Notes: generated by a model not told the origin, from the sequence alone. 64,000 bases of DNA from an uncultured Spirochaetota bacterium (GCA_963845535.1 CAWJSK010000023.1:82510-146509); one strand, 5' to 3'; shown: positions 21,755 to 31,723, counted from the first letter of the stretch. A program made the numbers and translations.

Positions 21755-23043
21755 TCTCCGACGTGGAGAAAAGGCTGCTCGCAGAGATCGACCGTGACGA
21801 GCTTGTCGAATTGACTCGGGACCTGGTACGTATTGACTCCGTTATCCGGCCGGAATCCGGCGGGACCGAACGGGAGGTTGTCCGCTTCATTGCCCGGTGG
21901 ATCCGAGCGGAGCTCGGGGTCGAGCCGCTTGTCCAGGAAGTGGAGCAGGGGAGAGAGAACGTAATCGCCACGCTGGACTCCGGCCGAAGCGGACCGTGCC
22001 TCATGCTGGAAGGGCACACCGACGTTGTGAGCGAAGGCAACCGCGACGCCTGGAGCCATGATCCCTTCGGCGCGGACGTGCAGGACGGGAGGATCTACGG
22101 CCGGGGATCCTGCGACATGAAGGCCGGGATCGCCGTTGCGCTGGTCACCGCCAAAGCGCTCCGGAAGGCGCCCGGGGCGTGGTCCGGCAAAGTACGGCTG
22201 GGCTTTCTCTGCGATGAGGAAGGCATGATGATGGGCGTCAAGCACTTCATACGTTCGGGACATGCCGACGATGTGAATGCGTGCCTGGTGCCCGAACCCG
22301 AAGAGAACAACCTCTGCATCACCATGAAAGGGGCCATCCGCGCGGTTGTCCGGGTGCACGGCAGGATGGCGCACGGGGCCATGCCGCTCTCCGGTGTGAA
22401 TCCGAACACGCGCCTTGCGCGGATCATCCTTGCCTTCGAGCGTTACGAGGCGGAGGAAAAAAAGCGCTGCGGGGCGGACCCGCTGATCGGGCTTCCGTCC
22501 GTGACTTTCACCGTGCTGCAGTCTCCGCCCGCGGGCAGTCCGGCGCAGCTCAACGTGATGCCCGGCGAGGCCGCTGGATGGGTGGACATCCGCACCACGC
22601 TCGCCCAGTCACATGATACCGTGCGCGAAAGCCTGAGCGGGATCATCCGTGGGCTTGCCGCGGGGGACAAGGACTTCAACGCGGAGATCGAGTTCATCGA
22701 GGACAGGCCGGTGGTCGGCATCACGAAAGAGGAGCCGATTGCCCGCGTCTCGGCGGGGGCTGTCCGCGACGTGACGGGCCGTGAGCCCGTATGGAACGGC
22801 GTGCCGGGAGCAACGGACGGCACATTCCTGAGCGCGTGGAAGAGCATCCCCTGCCTGGTCAACGGTCCGGGTCCGCGTCACATCCCTCACCAGGCGGATG
22901 AGTACGTGGAGATCGACCAGGTGGTGGACTGCGCGCGGGTGTATGCCATTGCATCGTCCCGGTTCTTCGGCGTCGGCGGCGCGCATGACGAGGGAAATCG
23001 TTTGACAGAGGGAAATCGTTTGCGTGGAAATCGTTTGCGTTGA
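21751..23043 (+). CDS. M20-family amidohydrolase (ArgE/DapE-like)
   Basis: EGHTDVV, GRGSCDMKAG, DEE, HQADEY; ATGA overlap with panE. Confidence 0.9.
   Translation: MISDVEKRLLAEIDRDELVELTRDLVRIDSVIRPESGGTEREVVRFIARWIRAELGVEPLVQEVEQGRENVIATLDSGRSGPCLMLEGHTDVVSEGNRDAWSHDPFGADVQDGRIYGRGSCDMKAGIAVALVTAKALRKAPGAWSGKVRLGFLCDEEGMMMGVKHFIRSGHADDVNACLVPEPEENNLCITMKGAIRAVVRVHGRMAHGAMPLSGVNPNTRLARIILAFERYEAEEKKRCGADPLIGLPSVTFTVLQSPPAGSPAQLNVMPGEAAGWVDIRTTLAQSHDTVRESLSGIIRGLAAGDKDFNAEIEFIEDRPVVGITKEEPIARVSAGAVRDVTGREPVWNGVPGATDGTFLSAWKSIPCLVNGPGPRHIPHQADEYVEIDQVVDCARVYAIASSRFFGVGGAHDEGNRLTEGNRLRGNRLR
22993..23037. repeat. Three direct copies of GGAAATCGTTTG
   Basis: Copies at 22993-23004, 23011-23022 and 23026-23037, abutting a -35 box. 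Confidence 0.9.
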
Positions 23044-23068
23044 CAAGGCAGTGCCAATCTCCTACACT
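23040..23068 (+). promoter_or_regulatory. sigma70 promoter of the ABC importer operon
   Basis: TTGACA-17 bp-TACACT, 11 nt before ATG 23080. Confidence 0.75.
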
Positions 23069-23079
23069 GCCACCACCCT

Positions 23080-23844
23080 ATGGATTGCATCCTTCGCGTT
23101 TCAGCGCTCAGCAAATCCTTCGGGGCAATAGCCGCCCTGGACAGGGTGGATATCGACGTGGAAAAAGGGCATATCCACGGCATCATCGGTCCCAACGGCT
23201 CGGGCAAGACCACTCTTTTCAACTGCGTGACGGGGCTCCTCAAGCCGGATGCCGGTTCGGTGGGCCTTGAATCCGAAGACATCACCTCGAAGCGCCCTGA
23301 AATCATTGCCAACCTCGGGATTCGACGCACGTTCCAGGCCGGGAAAATTGTCGCCGGCCTCTCCGTCCTGGAGAACGTCATGGCGGGGATCAATGATCCA
23401 ATCGGCGCCTCCGCCGCGGATCTCGTGGCGCGTCTGCCGTTTCGCCAATCGCGCCGTGAGGCGGAGATACGGGAGAACGCCCGGCGCGCCCTCGAGCTGA
23501 CCGGCCTGTCTGCTGCCGCGGACCGGTGGGCCAGTGACCTGGTTTGGACGGAGCGGCAGCTCGTGCAGATTGCCCGCGCAATCGTGGCGGGGCCAAAGCT
23601 CCTTCTCCTGGATGAGCCCGCGTCCGGCATGGGCGTGAAGGAAATGGAGAGGGTCGAACAGATTATCAGGAAGGTCAGGGAATCCGGGGTCAGCGTAGTC
23701 GTGGTGAGCCATGACGTGAAGATGCTGATGAACCTCTCGGACAGGGTCACCGTTCTCAACTTCGGGGAGAAGATCGCTGAAGGGTCGCCCTCGGAGGTCC
23801 AGAAGGACCCCCGCGTGCTGGAGGCATATCTCGGTGCCGACTGA
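23080..23844 (+). CDS. HAAT/Liv-type ABC ATP-binding subunit (LivG-like)
   Basis: GPNGSGKT, RTFQ, LLLDEP, DPRVLEAYLG. Confidence 0.92.
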   Translation: MDCILRVSALSKSFGAIAALDRVDIDVEKGHIHGIIGPNGSGKTTLFNCVTGLLKPDAGSVGLESEDITSKRPEIIANLGIRRTFQAGKIVAGLSVLENVMAGINDPIGASAADLVARLPFRQSRREAEIRENARRALELTGLSAAADRWASDLVWTERQLVQIARAIVAGPKLLLLDEPASGMGVKEMERVEQIIRKVRESGVSVVVVSHDVKMLMNLSDRVTVLNFGEKIAEGSPSEVQKDPRVLEAYLGAD

Positions 23845-24556
23845 GACGCGCCAACCCCTCCTCAAGGTCGAGCACGTTTCGGTGTCCTATGGGCACGTGA
23901 ATGCCCTCCGGGACGCAAGCCTGGAGGTCTTTCCCGGGGAGATCGTTGTTCTCATTGGCGCCAACGGGGCCGGCAAGACCACTCTCCTGGAGTCCGTGCT
24001 CGGGATCAACGCGTTGAGATCGGGAAGCATTGTCTTCGACGGACGGGAGATCAGGGGTATCCCCGCGGACCGCAACGTGCGGTCCGGGATATGCCTCGTC
24101 CCTGAGGGCAGAGGCGTTTTTGCATCCATGACGGTTCTCGACAACCTGCTCCTGGGCGCTCACCACAACATGCGGAACGTTCGCGCCGGCTTGCAGCGCG
24201 TCTTCGAATGGTTCCCTATCCTGTCGGACAGGAAAAAACAGACGGCCAGAACGCTGAGCGGCGGGGAACGCCAGATGCTCGCCATTGCGCGGGCGCTCAT
24301 GTCCGCGCCGAGGCTCATCCTCGTGGATGAGCCTTCCATCGGTCTTGCCCCCATCGTCGTCAATGACATCTTTTCGATCCTGAAGAAGCTGAACGGGGAG
24401 GGGTACACCATCCTGCTCTCAGAGCAGAACGCGAACAAGGCGCTGAGGTGCGCGCATCGCGGCTACGTCCTCGAGACGGGGAGCGTGGCGCTCTCGGGAA
24501 CCGCGGACCGGCTTCTCGCTGATCCCGGCGTCCGGGAAGCGTACCTGGGAGCATAG
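23834..24556 (+). CDS. HAAT/Liv-type ABC ATP-binding subunit (LivF-like)
   Basis: GANGAGKT, VPEGR, LSGGERQ, VREAYLG. Confidence 0.93.
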   Translation: MPTETRQPLLKVEHVSVSYGHVNALRDASLEVFPGEIVVLIGANGAGKTTLLESVLGINALRSGSIVFDGREIRGIPADRNVRSGICLVPEGRGVFASMTVLDNLLLGAHHNMRNVRAGLQRVFEWFPILSDRKKQTARTLSGGERQMLAIARALMSAPRLILVDEPSIGLAPIVVNDIFSILKKLNGEGYTILLSEQNANKALRCAHRGYVLETGSVALSGTADRLLADPGVREAYLGA

Positions 24557-24558
24557 GG

Positions 24559-25443
24559 ATGCAGGAGCTCATTGCGCAGGTCATCAACGGGTTGTCCCTC
24601 GGCAGCATCTACGTCCTGCTCGTCACGGGTTTCAACCTCCTCCTGCTCGTGGCCATGATCATCCACTTCTCCTATCCCCAGGTGGTCGTGTTCTCCATGT
24701 ACATCACGTGGAGCGTGCTCCAGCTCACCGGGAACAACCTGGCCCTGGGGATTGCCGCGGGGGTTGCTTCCTCCATCGTCCTGAACCTCGCTTCAGCCCC
24801 TCTGTTCCAGAAGGTCATGTCCAAGAGAGGGGAGGTCGACATCAACGCCACCATGGTGCTCTCCATGGGGATCGGGATGATCATCACGGACGTGCTCTCC
24901 CATTCCTTCAACGAGGGCCTCCCGGTTGCGTTTCCCGACAGCCTTTCGAGCATCACCCCTATCGTGCGGCTGGGGCTGATCAGCGTGCAGGTGGGCCAGG
25001 TCTGGTCCCTGGGGGTCGGCATCGTGGCGGTCTCTGCAATCTTCTTCATCCTGTACAAGACGCGCGCCGGCAGGGCGTTCCGCGCCATCGCGGAAGATCC
25101 CGACGGGGCTCGCCTGGTAGGGATCCCCATCATGAGGACCGGGCTCTACAGCTACGGGTTGTCCGGCGTGCTGGGCGGAGTCATTGCCGTTCTCCTGGCC
25201 ATGCTCCTGGGCTCCGCCTCACCGGGGCTGGGAGAGCAGGTGGCCCACAAGGTGCTCGCCGTCTCCATCATCGCGGGCCTCGGGAACCTCGCCGGCGGCC
25301 TTGTGGTCGGCCTCCTTCTGGGGATCCTGGAAGCCATCGTCCAAGGGTACATCTCGGGATCCTGGTCGAACGCAATTGCGTTCGTTGTCATGCTTGTTGT
25401 CATCCTTGCAAAGCCGAAAGGTCTGTTCGGCAGCCGACTGTAG
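24559..25443 (+). CDS. HAAT/Liv-type ABC permease (LivH-like)
   Basis: INGLSLGSIY, TRAGRAFRA, KPKGLFG; polytopic. Confidence 0.9.
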   Translation: MQELIAQVINGLSLGSIYVLLVTGFNLLLLVAMIIHFSYPQVVVFSMYITWSVLQLTGNNLALGIAAGVASSIVLNLASAPLFQKVMSKRGEVDINATMVLSMGIGMIITDVLSHSFNEGLPVAFPDSLSSITPIVRLGLISVQVGQVWSLGVGIVAVSAIFFILYKTRAGRAFRAIAEDPDGARLVGIPIMRTGLYSYGLSGVLGGVIAVLLAMLLGSASPGLGEQVAHKVLAVSIIAGLGNLAGGLVVGLLLGILEAIVQGYISGSWSNAIAFVVMLVVILAKPKGLFGSRL

Positions 25444-25455
25444 GAGGGGGGGGCC

Positions 25456-26361
25456 GTGCCGCTGGAGCTGTATTACTTCCTTTCCATCACTGCTGTGAAC
25501 ATCCTCCTGAGCTGGGCCCTGTACCTGCCCTACCGGGTGGCTCATCTGCACTTCATCACCGTGGCGAACATGGCAATCTCGGGCTATGCCGCCGCGTGGC
25601 TCGTCATGGCCCTGCACGTCCCGTTCGGCTGGGCGCTCCTTGTCGGCTTCGCCCTCGGCGGGATCATCGGGTTCATCGTGTCTCTCTTCATCGGGGACGC
25701 GCCCACCTTCGCCGTGGTGATCGTCGGCTTTACGTTCATCTTCATCAGCCGCACCGTCATCGAGAACCTCAAGGCTGTCGGCGGGACCATGGGAATGTTC
25801 GGCCTGCCGAACATCGGAGGGAGCCCGGACGCTCATCGCTGGATCATCATGGCCATCCTGGCGGCTCTCCTGCTGTTCGTGGGTTTACTCCTTCACCGCT
25901 TCGACCATTCACGCCTGGGCCGGGCCGCCTCCGCCGTGTTCGTGGACAAGGACCTCGCGGCATCCCTGGGGGTCGACATCCGCCGCCTGGGCGTGCTCCT
26001 GCAGACGGCAAGCTGCACGATTGCGGGAGGCACGGGAGTGCTTTACGGCTTCATCTACAGGAGCCTTCACCTGGATTTTTTCACGTTCGCGCTCGTGGGA
26101 ATAGCAATGACCGTCATCTTCGTGGGCGGGTATTCCACGCAGTGGGGGACCGTGGTCCTGGCGCCTATCCTCTACGGTGTTCCTCTGCTCCTCCCGCCCG
26201 CCGTCCAGGAGTGGAGGATCGTGATCTACGGAGCCGCCCTCGTGCTCGTCCTGGTCCTGAAGCCCGAGGGGTTCATAACGCGGAGATTCGTCGTTTCCAT
26301 CGAATCCTTTCTTTCGGGAACCCGGAAGAAAAGAAATACTCTATCAAGGGAGGACATATGA
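25456..26361 (+). CDS. HAAT/Liv-type ABC permease (LivM-like)
   Basis: SRLGRA...D..LAASLG, KPEG; polytopic. Confidence 0.88.
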   Translation: MPLELYYFLSITAVNILLSWALYLPYRVAHLHFITVANMAISGYAAAWLVMALHVPFGWALLVGFALGGIIGFIVSLFIGDAPTFAVVIVGFTFIFISRTVIENLKAVGGTMGMFGLPNIGGSPDAHRWIIMAILAALLLFVGLLLHRFDHSRLGRAASAVFVDKDLAASLGVDIRRLGVLLQTASCTIAGGTGVLYGFIYRSLHLDFFTFALVGIAMTVIFVGGYSTQWGTVVLAPILYGVPLLLPPAVQEWRIVIYGAALVLVLVLKPEGFITRRFVVSIESFLSGTRKKRNTLSREDI

Positions 26362-27515
26362 AAAAAGCTCTCGGAGCTCTCATTGTCGCGACAGCCATCC
26401 TTGCCATTGTCGGATGCCAGAAGCCGGCTCCGAAGGAATGGGACATCCCGTTCCTGAACTCGCTCACCGGCCAGATCGCGAGCATTGGCGCGTACCTGGA
26501 GTGGGGCGCTGACGAGGCCGCCACGGAGATCAACGCGGCCGGGGGGATCAACGGCAAGCCCGTGAAGATCATCCCCGTGGACACCGCCATGGACCCGCAG
26601 AAGGGCTCCACCGAGATGGCGCGCCTTGTGAAGGACACGCTCGTTGCCCTCGGACCCGTGCCTGAGCCGGTCATCATGGCGGCAATGCCGATTGCCGTCG
26701 AGAACGGGATGCCGTCCATCACCGCAACGACCTCGCTTGAGTACGCGCAGAAGTTCTTCCCGTGGACCATCTCCTGGTTCCCCTCCACGCAGGACAGGCT
26801 GGCGCCGCTGGTGACCGCGTGGGCAAAGCAGTTCCCCAACATGAAGAAGGTGGTCCAGTTCGTCGAGAACTACGGGCCGTGGCCCGGCATGGCGGACGCT
26901 CATGCCTCGGGGCTCGCGGCGGCCGGCGTCAGGGTCCTGGACCCCGTGGAGGTCCCCAGTGACGCGGTGACGTTCGCGCCGCTCGTTGTGAAGGCGCTCA
27001 ACGAGAAGCCTGATGGGATTGTGTTCGTGTGCAAGCCCGGGTCCGCCGCAAAGCTGATCAAGGAGCTGAAAAGCCGGGGTTGGAAGAGGATGGACCACCT
27101 GTTGCTGTTCAGCAGCGCGGACGCCCCTGATCTCTACGCCACCGGCGGCAAGGACCTGAACGGCGCGGAGATCTACAACTACATCAACCCGGGCATCGAG
27201 AACCCGCGCTGGGACGCGTTCAAGAAAGCCTATGGGGATTCTCATAACGGCGAACAGCCCCCGAGCCTTTCCACCAACTACTACGACGCCGTGTACATGA
27301 TCAAGGACGCCATCGAGAAGACCGGCGTTACGGGTCTTCCGGGCAAGCTCAAGGCCGAACGCAAGCTGATTGCGGACTACCTCCAGAACGTGAAGGGGTT
27401 CCACGGCATCATGTTCGACTGGGACATGAAAGACGGCATCCCCACGAACAAGCCCGCGTACATCTTCAAGATCCAGGACGGGCAGAAGGTGCTCGTGCAG
27501 GAAGTGCGTCAATAA
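26358..27515 (+). CDS. HAAT-type ABC substrate-binding lipoprotein
   Basis: GGAGG SD, ATG 26358, lipobox IVGC, LTG, INAAGGING. The track's 935-aa ORF has a spurious 5' extension. Confidence 0.9.
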   Translation: MKKALGALIVATAILAIVGCQKPAPKEWDIPFLNSLTGQIASIGAYLEWGADEAATEINAAGGINGKPVKIIPVDTAMDPQKGSTEMARLVKDTLVALGPVPEPVIMAAMPIAVENGMPSITATTSLEYAQKFFPWTISWFPSTQDRLAPLVTAWAKQFPNMKKVVQFVENYGPWPGMADAHASGLAAAGVRVLDPVEVPSDAVTFAPLVVKALNEKPDGIVFVCKPGSAAKLIKELKSRGWKRMDHLLLFSSADAPDLYATGGKDLNGAEIYNYINPGIENPRWDAFKKAYGDSHNGEQPPSLSTNYYDAVYMIKDAIEKTGVTGLPGKLKAERKLIADYLQNVKGFHGIMFDWDMKDGIPTNKPAYIFKIQDGQKVLVQEVRQ

Positions 27516-27543
27516 GCCATTCGGGCTTGCAGCACGCCTTATG

Positions 27544-27572
27544 ACGCGGCCGGACAACCGGCCGCGTTTTTT
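27544..27572 (+). terminator. Rho-independent terminator
   Basis: ACGCGGCCGG-ACAA-CCGGCCGCGT followed by a T run. Confidence 0.88.
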
Positions 27573-27616
27573 GTGTGCGCCCGGCAGGGCGCACACACTC
27601 GGGACCTGCTTCTGAC

Positions 27617-28594
27617 CTACTTCCGCGCGCCGGCGCTTCGACGGATCTCGGTGTGGCTGGGAAGACCATACGCTGAGACCGCGTTCCGGGCCGCGTTTAC
27701 TATGGCGCGGGACACCGCGAGCGCGGCCAGGGTGCCAACGACCGTCACGTCCGCTTCGATGCTTCCCGTGGACAGCGCAAAAACGGTGTCTCCGTCGAAA
27801 GTCGTGTGCACGGGGACGACGGCCCTGGCAAGGCCGTCCTGCGCCATGATAGCAACCCGTGTTGCCTCAGACTTCGACAAGCGGGCGTTCGTGGCAACCG
27901 CGGCGATGGTGGTGCTCGTTCCCTGGTAGGGGCTGAGGCATCTGGGCCCGCGGCAGAGAAGCTGCACCGTATCCGCGAAGCCGTCCCGGGAGCCGTTCAA
28001 GGCCCCGGCGAGTATTGATCCCGTCTCCGGGTCACGGATGTCTCCGTAGCAGTTGACCGCTGCCAGGGCCCCCACGCAAAGCTCGCCTGCGCTGACGCTG
28101 GCGGTTCCCGTGCCGCCTTTCATCATGAATGACACTCCGGCAGCCCTTCCCACGGCCGCCCCCGTGCCGGCGCCGACGTTCCCTTGAAGGACGGAGATGC
28201 CAGCATTCCTGCACGCCTTCTCGCCCATTGCGGCATCAGGCCATCTGTGAGGATCTCCGACGGCAAGATCGAAGAGCACGGCCCCGGGCACGAGCGGGAC
28301 TTTGCCCACGCCGACGTCGAGCCCGATCCCCTTGGATTCCAGGAAGCGCATGACGCCCGTGGCTCCCTCCAGGCCGAATGCGCTGCCGCCTCCGATGTAG
28401 ATGGCATGGACCACGGGCACGGCGTTGACGGGGTCCAGGCAGTCCGTCTCCCGCGTCCCGGGGGCGCCTCCGCGCACGTCCACGCCCGCAACGGCGCCCG
28501 CCTCGCAGAGGATGACGGTGCAGCCGGTGGCCGCGGAGCGGTCATCCGCGTGGCCAACGAGGATTCCCGGGATGTCTGTAATCGAGTTGTTCAT
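27617..28594 (-). CDS. DmpA/P1 (S58) self-processing hydrolase
   Basis: ITDIPGILVGH, TGCTV, RGGAPGTRETD, GGSAFGL, GNVGAGTG, TT..VATNA, HT.FDGDTVF. Confidence 0.9.
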   Translation of the reverse strand: MNNSITDIPGILVGHADDRSAATGCTVILCEAGAVAGVDVRGGAPGTRETDCLDPVNAVPVVHAIYIGGGSAFGLEGATGVMRFLESKGIGLDVGVGKVPLVPGAVLFDLAVGDPHRWPDAAMGEKACRNAGISVLQGNVGAGTGAAVGRAAGVSFMMKGGTGTASVSAGELCVGALAAVNCYGDIRDPETGSILAGALNGSRDGFADTVQLLCRGPRCLSPYQGTSTTIAAVATNARLSKSEATRVAIMAQDGLARAVVPVHTTFDGDTVFALSTGSIEADVTVVGTLAALAVSRAIVNAARNAVSAYGLPSHTEIRRSAGARK

Positions 28595-28617
28595 TGTTTT
28601 GCAGGTCTCCGGCGGCC

Positions 28618-28646
28618 ACCGTAGATCAGGCACACGGCGTTGTCAA
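28618..28646 (-). promoter_or_regulatory. Putative promoter of the DmpA-family gene
   Basis: TTGACA-17 bp-TACGGT. Confidence 0.55.
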
Positions 28647-28707
28647 TCTTGTTGCGCCGGAGGTTTTCCGCTACTCTGTGAGCACACCTCAGGAGGCACA
28701 GAACACA

Positions 28708-29565
28708 ATGAGCGACGCAAAGAAGGTCATGATCCCTGACCTGGGCATCATGAAGAAAGAGGGCCGCAAGATAACGATGATCACCGCCTATTCCTACCCA
28801 CAGGCCTTGATCGTGGACGAAGCGGGGATCGACATCATCCTTGTCGGCGACAGCCTGGGCATGGTGGAGCTGGGGTACCGGGACACGGTTCCCGTGACCA
28901 TGGAGGAAATGCTGGGACACACGCGGGCGGTCATGCGGGGTGTAAAACGGGCGCACGTCGTCGGGGACATGCCGTTCATGTCGTACAATATTTCCCGGGA
29001 ACAGGCCGTCACGAACGCCGGAATCCTGTACAAGGACGGCGGCGCGGACTCCGTGAAGCTGGAGGGCGGGCAGGACATGGCCCCGGCCATCAGCGCCATC
29101 GTGAAGGCCGGGATCCCTGTTTTTGGCCATATCGGGCTCACGCCGCAGACCGCCAACATATTGGGCGGGTTCAAGGTGCAGGGGAAGTCGCTGGACCAGG
29201 CTCGCAAGGTCGTTGATGACGCCATTGCCGTGCAGGAAGCGGGGGCTTTTGCCATCGTGCTGGAAGCCATCCCCCGGCAGCTTGCCGCCCTCATCACGGA
29301 GAAGCTCTCCATCCCGACAATCGGGATCGGCGGAGGGCTCGACTGCGACGGCCAGGTGCTCGTCCTTCATGACATGGTGGGGCTTTTCCGCCGTTTCACG
29401 CCCAAGTTCGTGAAGGTGTACGCGGACGTCTATGCGGTCCAGTTGGACGCGGTGAAGAAGTACATCGGGGAAGTGCAGTCGAAGGCGTTTCCCTCTGACG
29501 AGAACACGTTTACCATGAAAGAGGATGCGCTGGCTGAGCTGAGGAAAGCTCTCGGAAGCTCGTAA
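28708..29565 (+). CDS. panB: 3-methyl-2-oxobutanoate hydroxymethyltransferase
   Basis: LVGDSLGM, GDMPF.SY, VKLEGG, GHIGLTPQ, DGQVLV; AGGAGG before ATG 28708. Confidence 0.97.
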   Translation: MSDAKKVMIPDLGIMKKEGRKITMITAYSYPQALIVDEAGIDIILVGDSLGMVELGYRDTVPVTMEEMLGHTRAVMRGVKRAHVVGDMPFMSYNISREQAVTNAGILYKDGGADSVKLEGGQDMAPAISAIVKAGIPVFGHIGLTPQTANILGGFKVQGKSLDQARKVVDDAIAVQEAGAFAIVLEAIPRQLAALITEKLSIPTIGIGGGLDCDGQVLVLHDMVGLFRRFTPKFVKVYADVYAVQLDAVKKYIGEVQSKAFPSDENTFTMKEDALAELRKALGSS

Positions 29566-29613
29566 GGGGAGCCGTGAGGACCGCGCCCGTCACGCGTCGT
29601 TGTACGGGCGCGC

Positions 29614-30728
29614 CTATCCCACAGCGCCGAGGTCCGCCGCGGAGCGGGAAGGGTCCGCGCGGAAGCCAATCACCTGGTTGCCGCCTTCCCGCGCGGCTTT
29701 TGCAACGGAAATGTCAGCCTCTTCCAGCAGGGTTGAAGGGGACACGAGCCTTCCTCCGCGTGATGATACCCCAACAGAAAGGGCGCGCGCCTTTCCCTCG
29801 ATCTGCCTGCTGACCACGGCCTTTCGGAACGCTTCCAGGGCCCGCACCGCGGCGTCGATATCAGCCTCCGGAATCACGGCCGTGATGGCGTCATTTCCTG
29901 TCTCGAAAAGGCAGTCATGCGCGGGGAACCTCAGGAGCAGGACCCGTGCGATCTCCGTATAAGCTTCGGGAAGATGGGAATCCGCGTAAGGCTCGTCCAC
30001 ACGGATCCGCGCAAGCGCAATATCCCGTCCCGCGGTGACAGCTCTCTCCAACTCCGCTCTGAGCTTGGGCTCGAGGAACTCACAGCGGATGAGACCGCTG
30101 CGAGGGGAGGTGACGCTGCGTTGGGGCCCTTGTACCGGCGAGAGCCATTCGCGACTGGGCCGGCAGCCTCCATGGGCGCCTCCTGGACGCTCACGACGAT
30201 GAGGATTACGACTCCGCTCACGAGGAGGAAAGCGAGGAAGAGATACAGGTCATCACGGACGATCGGGTACAGGTCTTCCCTCCCCATGATGACGAACACG
30301 GCATCGAACGCCGCGCCGGAGGAATCCCCCTCCAGCGGCTGGCTGAGGAGGACCTCGTAGCCCCTGCTCACCTGGTATGCAGGGGTGCCGCGCCACGCGG
30401 GGTCGGGCACGGCGGGCTCTTTCATGTACGCCTGGTTACGCGCCACGAGATAGAGGATGCCTTGTTGCGGGGAGTGCACGCTCATGAGGAGGAGCCGCGG
30501 CTCGGCGTCGAACAAGCCTCGAAGCTCCTTGCGGGCGGAAGGGGAATCCAGGCCGGTGTAGGTGGCGCGAATAGCGGAGACCTTCGTTGCAAGATCGAGG
30601 AACCTGTCCCGCGCCGCAAGGGAGTTACGGGTCCGCGCATCCTCGAGCCTGTATCCCGTAAGACCGACGATGAAGAGAAAGAAGGCGACGCTGACGGCCA
30701 GAAAAGCCCATGAAACACGTCTATTCAT
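29614..30728 (-). CDS. Two-TM membrane protein with degenerate GGDEF-like domain, frameshift near 30140
   Basis: Two TM segments in one frame. SPRSGL..EFL..KL..ELERA, LSVGVS and AAREGGNQV in the next frame. The GGDEF site reads ETGND. Confidence 0.65.
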
Positions 30729-30824
30729 GCTCCCCTCCCCGCGCACGGTGGAGTATAATCGACTTTGAACCGCCGCGGTAGCCTTTCGCGGCGGTCGAGA
30801 CTTTCCGGCAAAGCGGAGGAGCCC

Positions 30825-31661
30825 ATGATCGTCCGAAAAAGATTGCTTCCGCCGGGTTGGTATCCATCAGGGGCGGACAACACCATTGACGCCATAGAGG
30901 CGATGTCCCGGCGCCTCCCTGCGCGGCCGGAAGGACAGGGAGTTGCCGGCGTCGTCCCGCACGCTGGCTGGGAGTTCTCAGGGTGCCTCGCCCTGGAGGT
31001 GATGTCATACCTTTCGCGCAGCATCGATACCATCGTTATTATCGGCGGTCATCTGGGCCCTTCTGACGGAATATTGTGCTCCATGGAGGACTCCTTTGAA
31101 ACTCCCCTGGGCCCCATGCCCGCCGACGGAGAGCTGCGTGAAGCGCTTCGCGCCTCCTTTCCCATGAGGGAGGACCTGTGCGCGGACAACTCGGTGGAAG
31201 TGCAGCTTCCTTTTGCGAAGCACCTTTTTCCTGATGCGCGCCTCCTGAGCTTGCGCGCCTCGCCATCGGAGGAAGCCGTACGACTTGGCGCCGCCATCGC
31301 CTCCGCGGCCAAGGCCTCGGGACGGAAAGTCGCCGTCATCGGCTCGACCGACCTCACTCACTATGGCCCCAACTACGGGTTTTCTCCCATGGGGAAGGGA
31401 GAAAAGGCGCGCGTGTGGGTCAGGGACGTGAACGATCGGCGGATCATTCAGGCACTGGTGGCAATGGACTGCGCTTCGGTGCACGAGCTTGCCGGAAAGG
31501 AAAGGTCTGCCTGCTCGGCAGGAGGAGCGCTTTGCGCGGTCAGCTTCGCCAGAGAGATGGGCGTCCGTAAAGGACAGCTTCTGCGGTACATGACAAGCTA
31601 TGATGTGCATCCTGCGGATTCGTTTGTGGGATACGCCGGAGTGCTCTATGGCCCCCAATAG
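30825..31661 (+). CDS. amrB: AmmeMemoRadiSam system protein B (Memo family)
   Basis: G.WYP, VPHAGWEFSG, NSVEVQLPF, STDLTHYG, SFVGYA. Confidence 0.88.
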   Translation: MIVRKRLLPPGWYPSGADNTIDAIEAMSRRLPARPEGQGVAGVVPHAGWEFSGCLALEVMSYLSRSIDTIVIIGGHLGPSDGILCSMEDSFETPLGPMPADGELREALRASFPMREDLCADNSVEVQLPFAKHLFPDARLLSLRASPSEEAVRLGAAIASAAKASGRKVAVIGSTDLTHYGPNYGFSPMGKGEKARVWVRDVNDRRIIQALVAMDCASVHELAGKERSACSAGGALCAVSFAREMGVRKGQLLRYMTSYDVHPADSFVGYAGVLYGPQ

Positions 31662-31723
31662 TCAGTATGCGAACCGCGCGAATCTTCTCCGCGAACCAAG
31701 GTGAATCACCGCGCCAACCCGTT

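Noticed and set aside
22990..23040. Mini CRISPR array
   Set aside because: Repeats of 12-15 bp with no real spacers and no cas genes.
24708..26357. Apparent 935-aa fusion to the binding protein
   Set aside because: Off-frame read-through of the permease genes; SD and lipobox mark ATG 26358.
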